Source of the DNA: an uncultured archaeon
GTDB lineage: Archaea; Thermoproteota; Bathyarchaeia; TCS64
Assembly (NCBI GenBank): GCA_938048735.1
Contig: CALIUM010000024.1
Span: 1,478-65,477 of the forward strand
Direction: 5' to 3'
DNA length: 64,000 nt
Shown: positions 63,466-64,000 of the stretch, piece by piece
Position numbering within the stretch: position 1 is the first letter of the stretch
Layout of the letters: each line of letters begins with the position of its first letter
Program-made: the position numbers and the translations under genes
Notes under the pieces: model-generated
The model's input: the letters and a program-made list of their open reading frames with translations, nothing else
What the model was told of the DNA's origin: nothing
Databases searched by the model: none

Positions 63466-63741
63466 TCAGATTATTGTTGATTGTTGGGTCTTCGAGCTTG
63501 CAACTCTCTGGGAGGCGAGGCCTGTCTTTGTGGTGGGCTGGTAGGCTCCTCCAGCGAGCTTCGATCCGCAGTTCCCACAACTCCAGATCCCTACGCTCAT
63601 CCTCTTCAGGGAGGGCCATCCGCATGTCGGGCACTTATGAGGCCTCTTCAGCTCCATAATCGTCTGGGTCCACCTCTTCCTCACGGAGAGGCCGCCTCGG
63701 GTTCTCAGCCTTGGGCCTAGGCTCCTCCTCTTCAATCTCAA
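63466..63741 (-). CDS. rpl37ae: Ribosomal protein eL43 (L37ae)
   Basis: Zinc ribbon CPTCG...CGNCG...AGGAY. TTG start overlaps the stop of the upstream gene. Confidence 0.85.
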   Translation of the reverse strand: MRLKRRSLGPRLRTRGGLSVRKRWTQTIMELKRPHKCPTCGWPSLKRMSVGIWSCGNCGSKLAGGAYQPTTKTGLASQRVASSKTQQSTII

Positions 63742-64000
63742 GTCCCCCCTATTATCTTGCTTCTGATCTCGGGGGCCTTCGACGCGGCGATACTTATAGC
63801 TTTCCTAACCTCTTCCGGGGTGAGGGCCTCTGGGCCGCTCTTCTGTATGGCGCATACATTTCCCTTCTCGTCTAGGGTGATAGTCAGCCTCGTCTCCATG
63901 GCATCCTCCTCCTCCGATGTTGGATCTACTATGAGGGCCCCTCCGATCTTTGAGAGGGTTACGGAGACCGGTGTGCTCTTTATCTCTAGGGGCTCCTTCC
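63738..64000 (-). CDS. C-terminal part of an RNase-PH-fold exosome subunit (Rrp42-like); the start lies beyond the window
   Basis: Hand translation gives ...LTITLDEKGNVCAIQKSGPEALTPEEVRKAISIAASKAPEIRSKIIGGT*. Synteny rrp42-rpl37ae-pcc1-pfdB. Confidence 0.45.
   Translation of the reverse strand, partial: KEPLEIKSTPVSVTLSKIGGALIVDPTSEEEDAMETRLTITLDEKGNVCAIQKSGPEALTPEEVRKAISIAASKAPEIRSKIIGGT

Overview
This window is a 64 kb chromosomal segment from a GC-rich (~57%) archaeon, probably a hyperthermophilic crenarchaeote (TACK-like). The gene content supporting that is GatDE, Elp3, Nop5-fibrillarin, a two-subunit 2-oxoacid:ferredoxin oxidoreductase, tungsten AOR, the archaeal DUF35-thiolase-HMGCS mevalonate module and the tail of the exosome superoperon. 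TATA boxes sit about 25-35 nt upstream of start codons, so many mRNAs look leaderless. Most of the window is housekeeping: a thiamine salvage operon (thiDN-thiW) behind a clear TPP riboswitch; tRNA-Gly(GCC) next to glyS; inositol-phosphate synthase; purSLQ/purE; pyrD/pyrK and a lone pyrB; gatDE; adk; rnhB; ogt; an ECF transporter A-A'-T module; nop5-flpA; and pfdB-pcc1-rpl37ae-rrp42 at the right edge. The candidate for a new system is a compact accessory-looking block at about 39.6-44.7 kb. It contains seven small winged-helix (wHTH) genes: five tandem paralogs on the minus strand and a divergent tandem pair on the plus strand. These lie immediately next to a translationally coupled NurA-like nuclease and HerA-like (FtsK/HerA) ATPase with no Mre11/Rad50 partners. 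A palindrome-embedded TATA box sits between the wHTH genes and the nuclease/ATPase pair, and parts of the block have lower GC. Other points of interest are a 43-aa protein with 10 cysteines directly upstream of korA (read by hand, below the 60-aa ORF-track cutoff); rps30e and a pcc1 homolog whose start looks disrupted, both missed by the ORF track; a 4-Cys ORF inserted between nop5 and fibrillarin; a CBS-domain protein with a C-terminal HPF/RaiA-like domain; and a structured-ncRNA candidate at 10.4-10.7 kb (SRP or RNase P RNA). No CRISPR array, integrase or transposase was seen.
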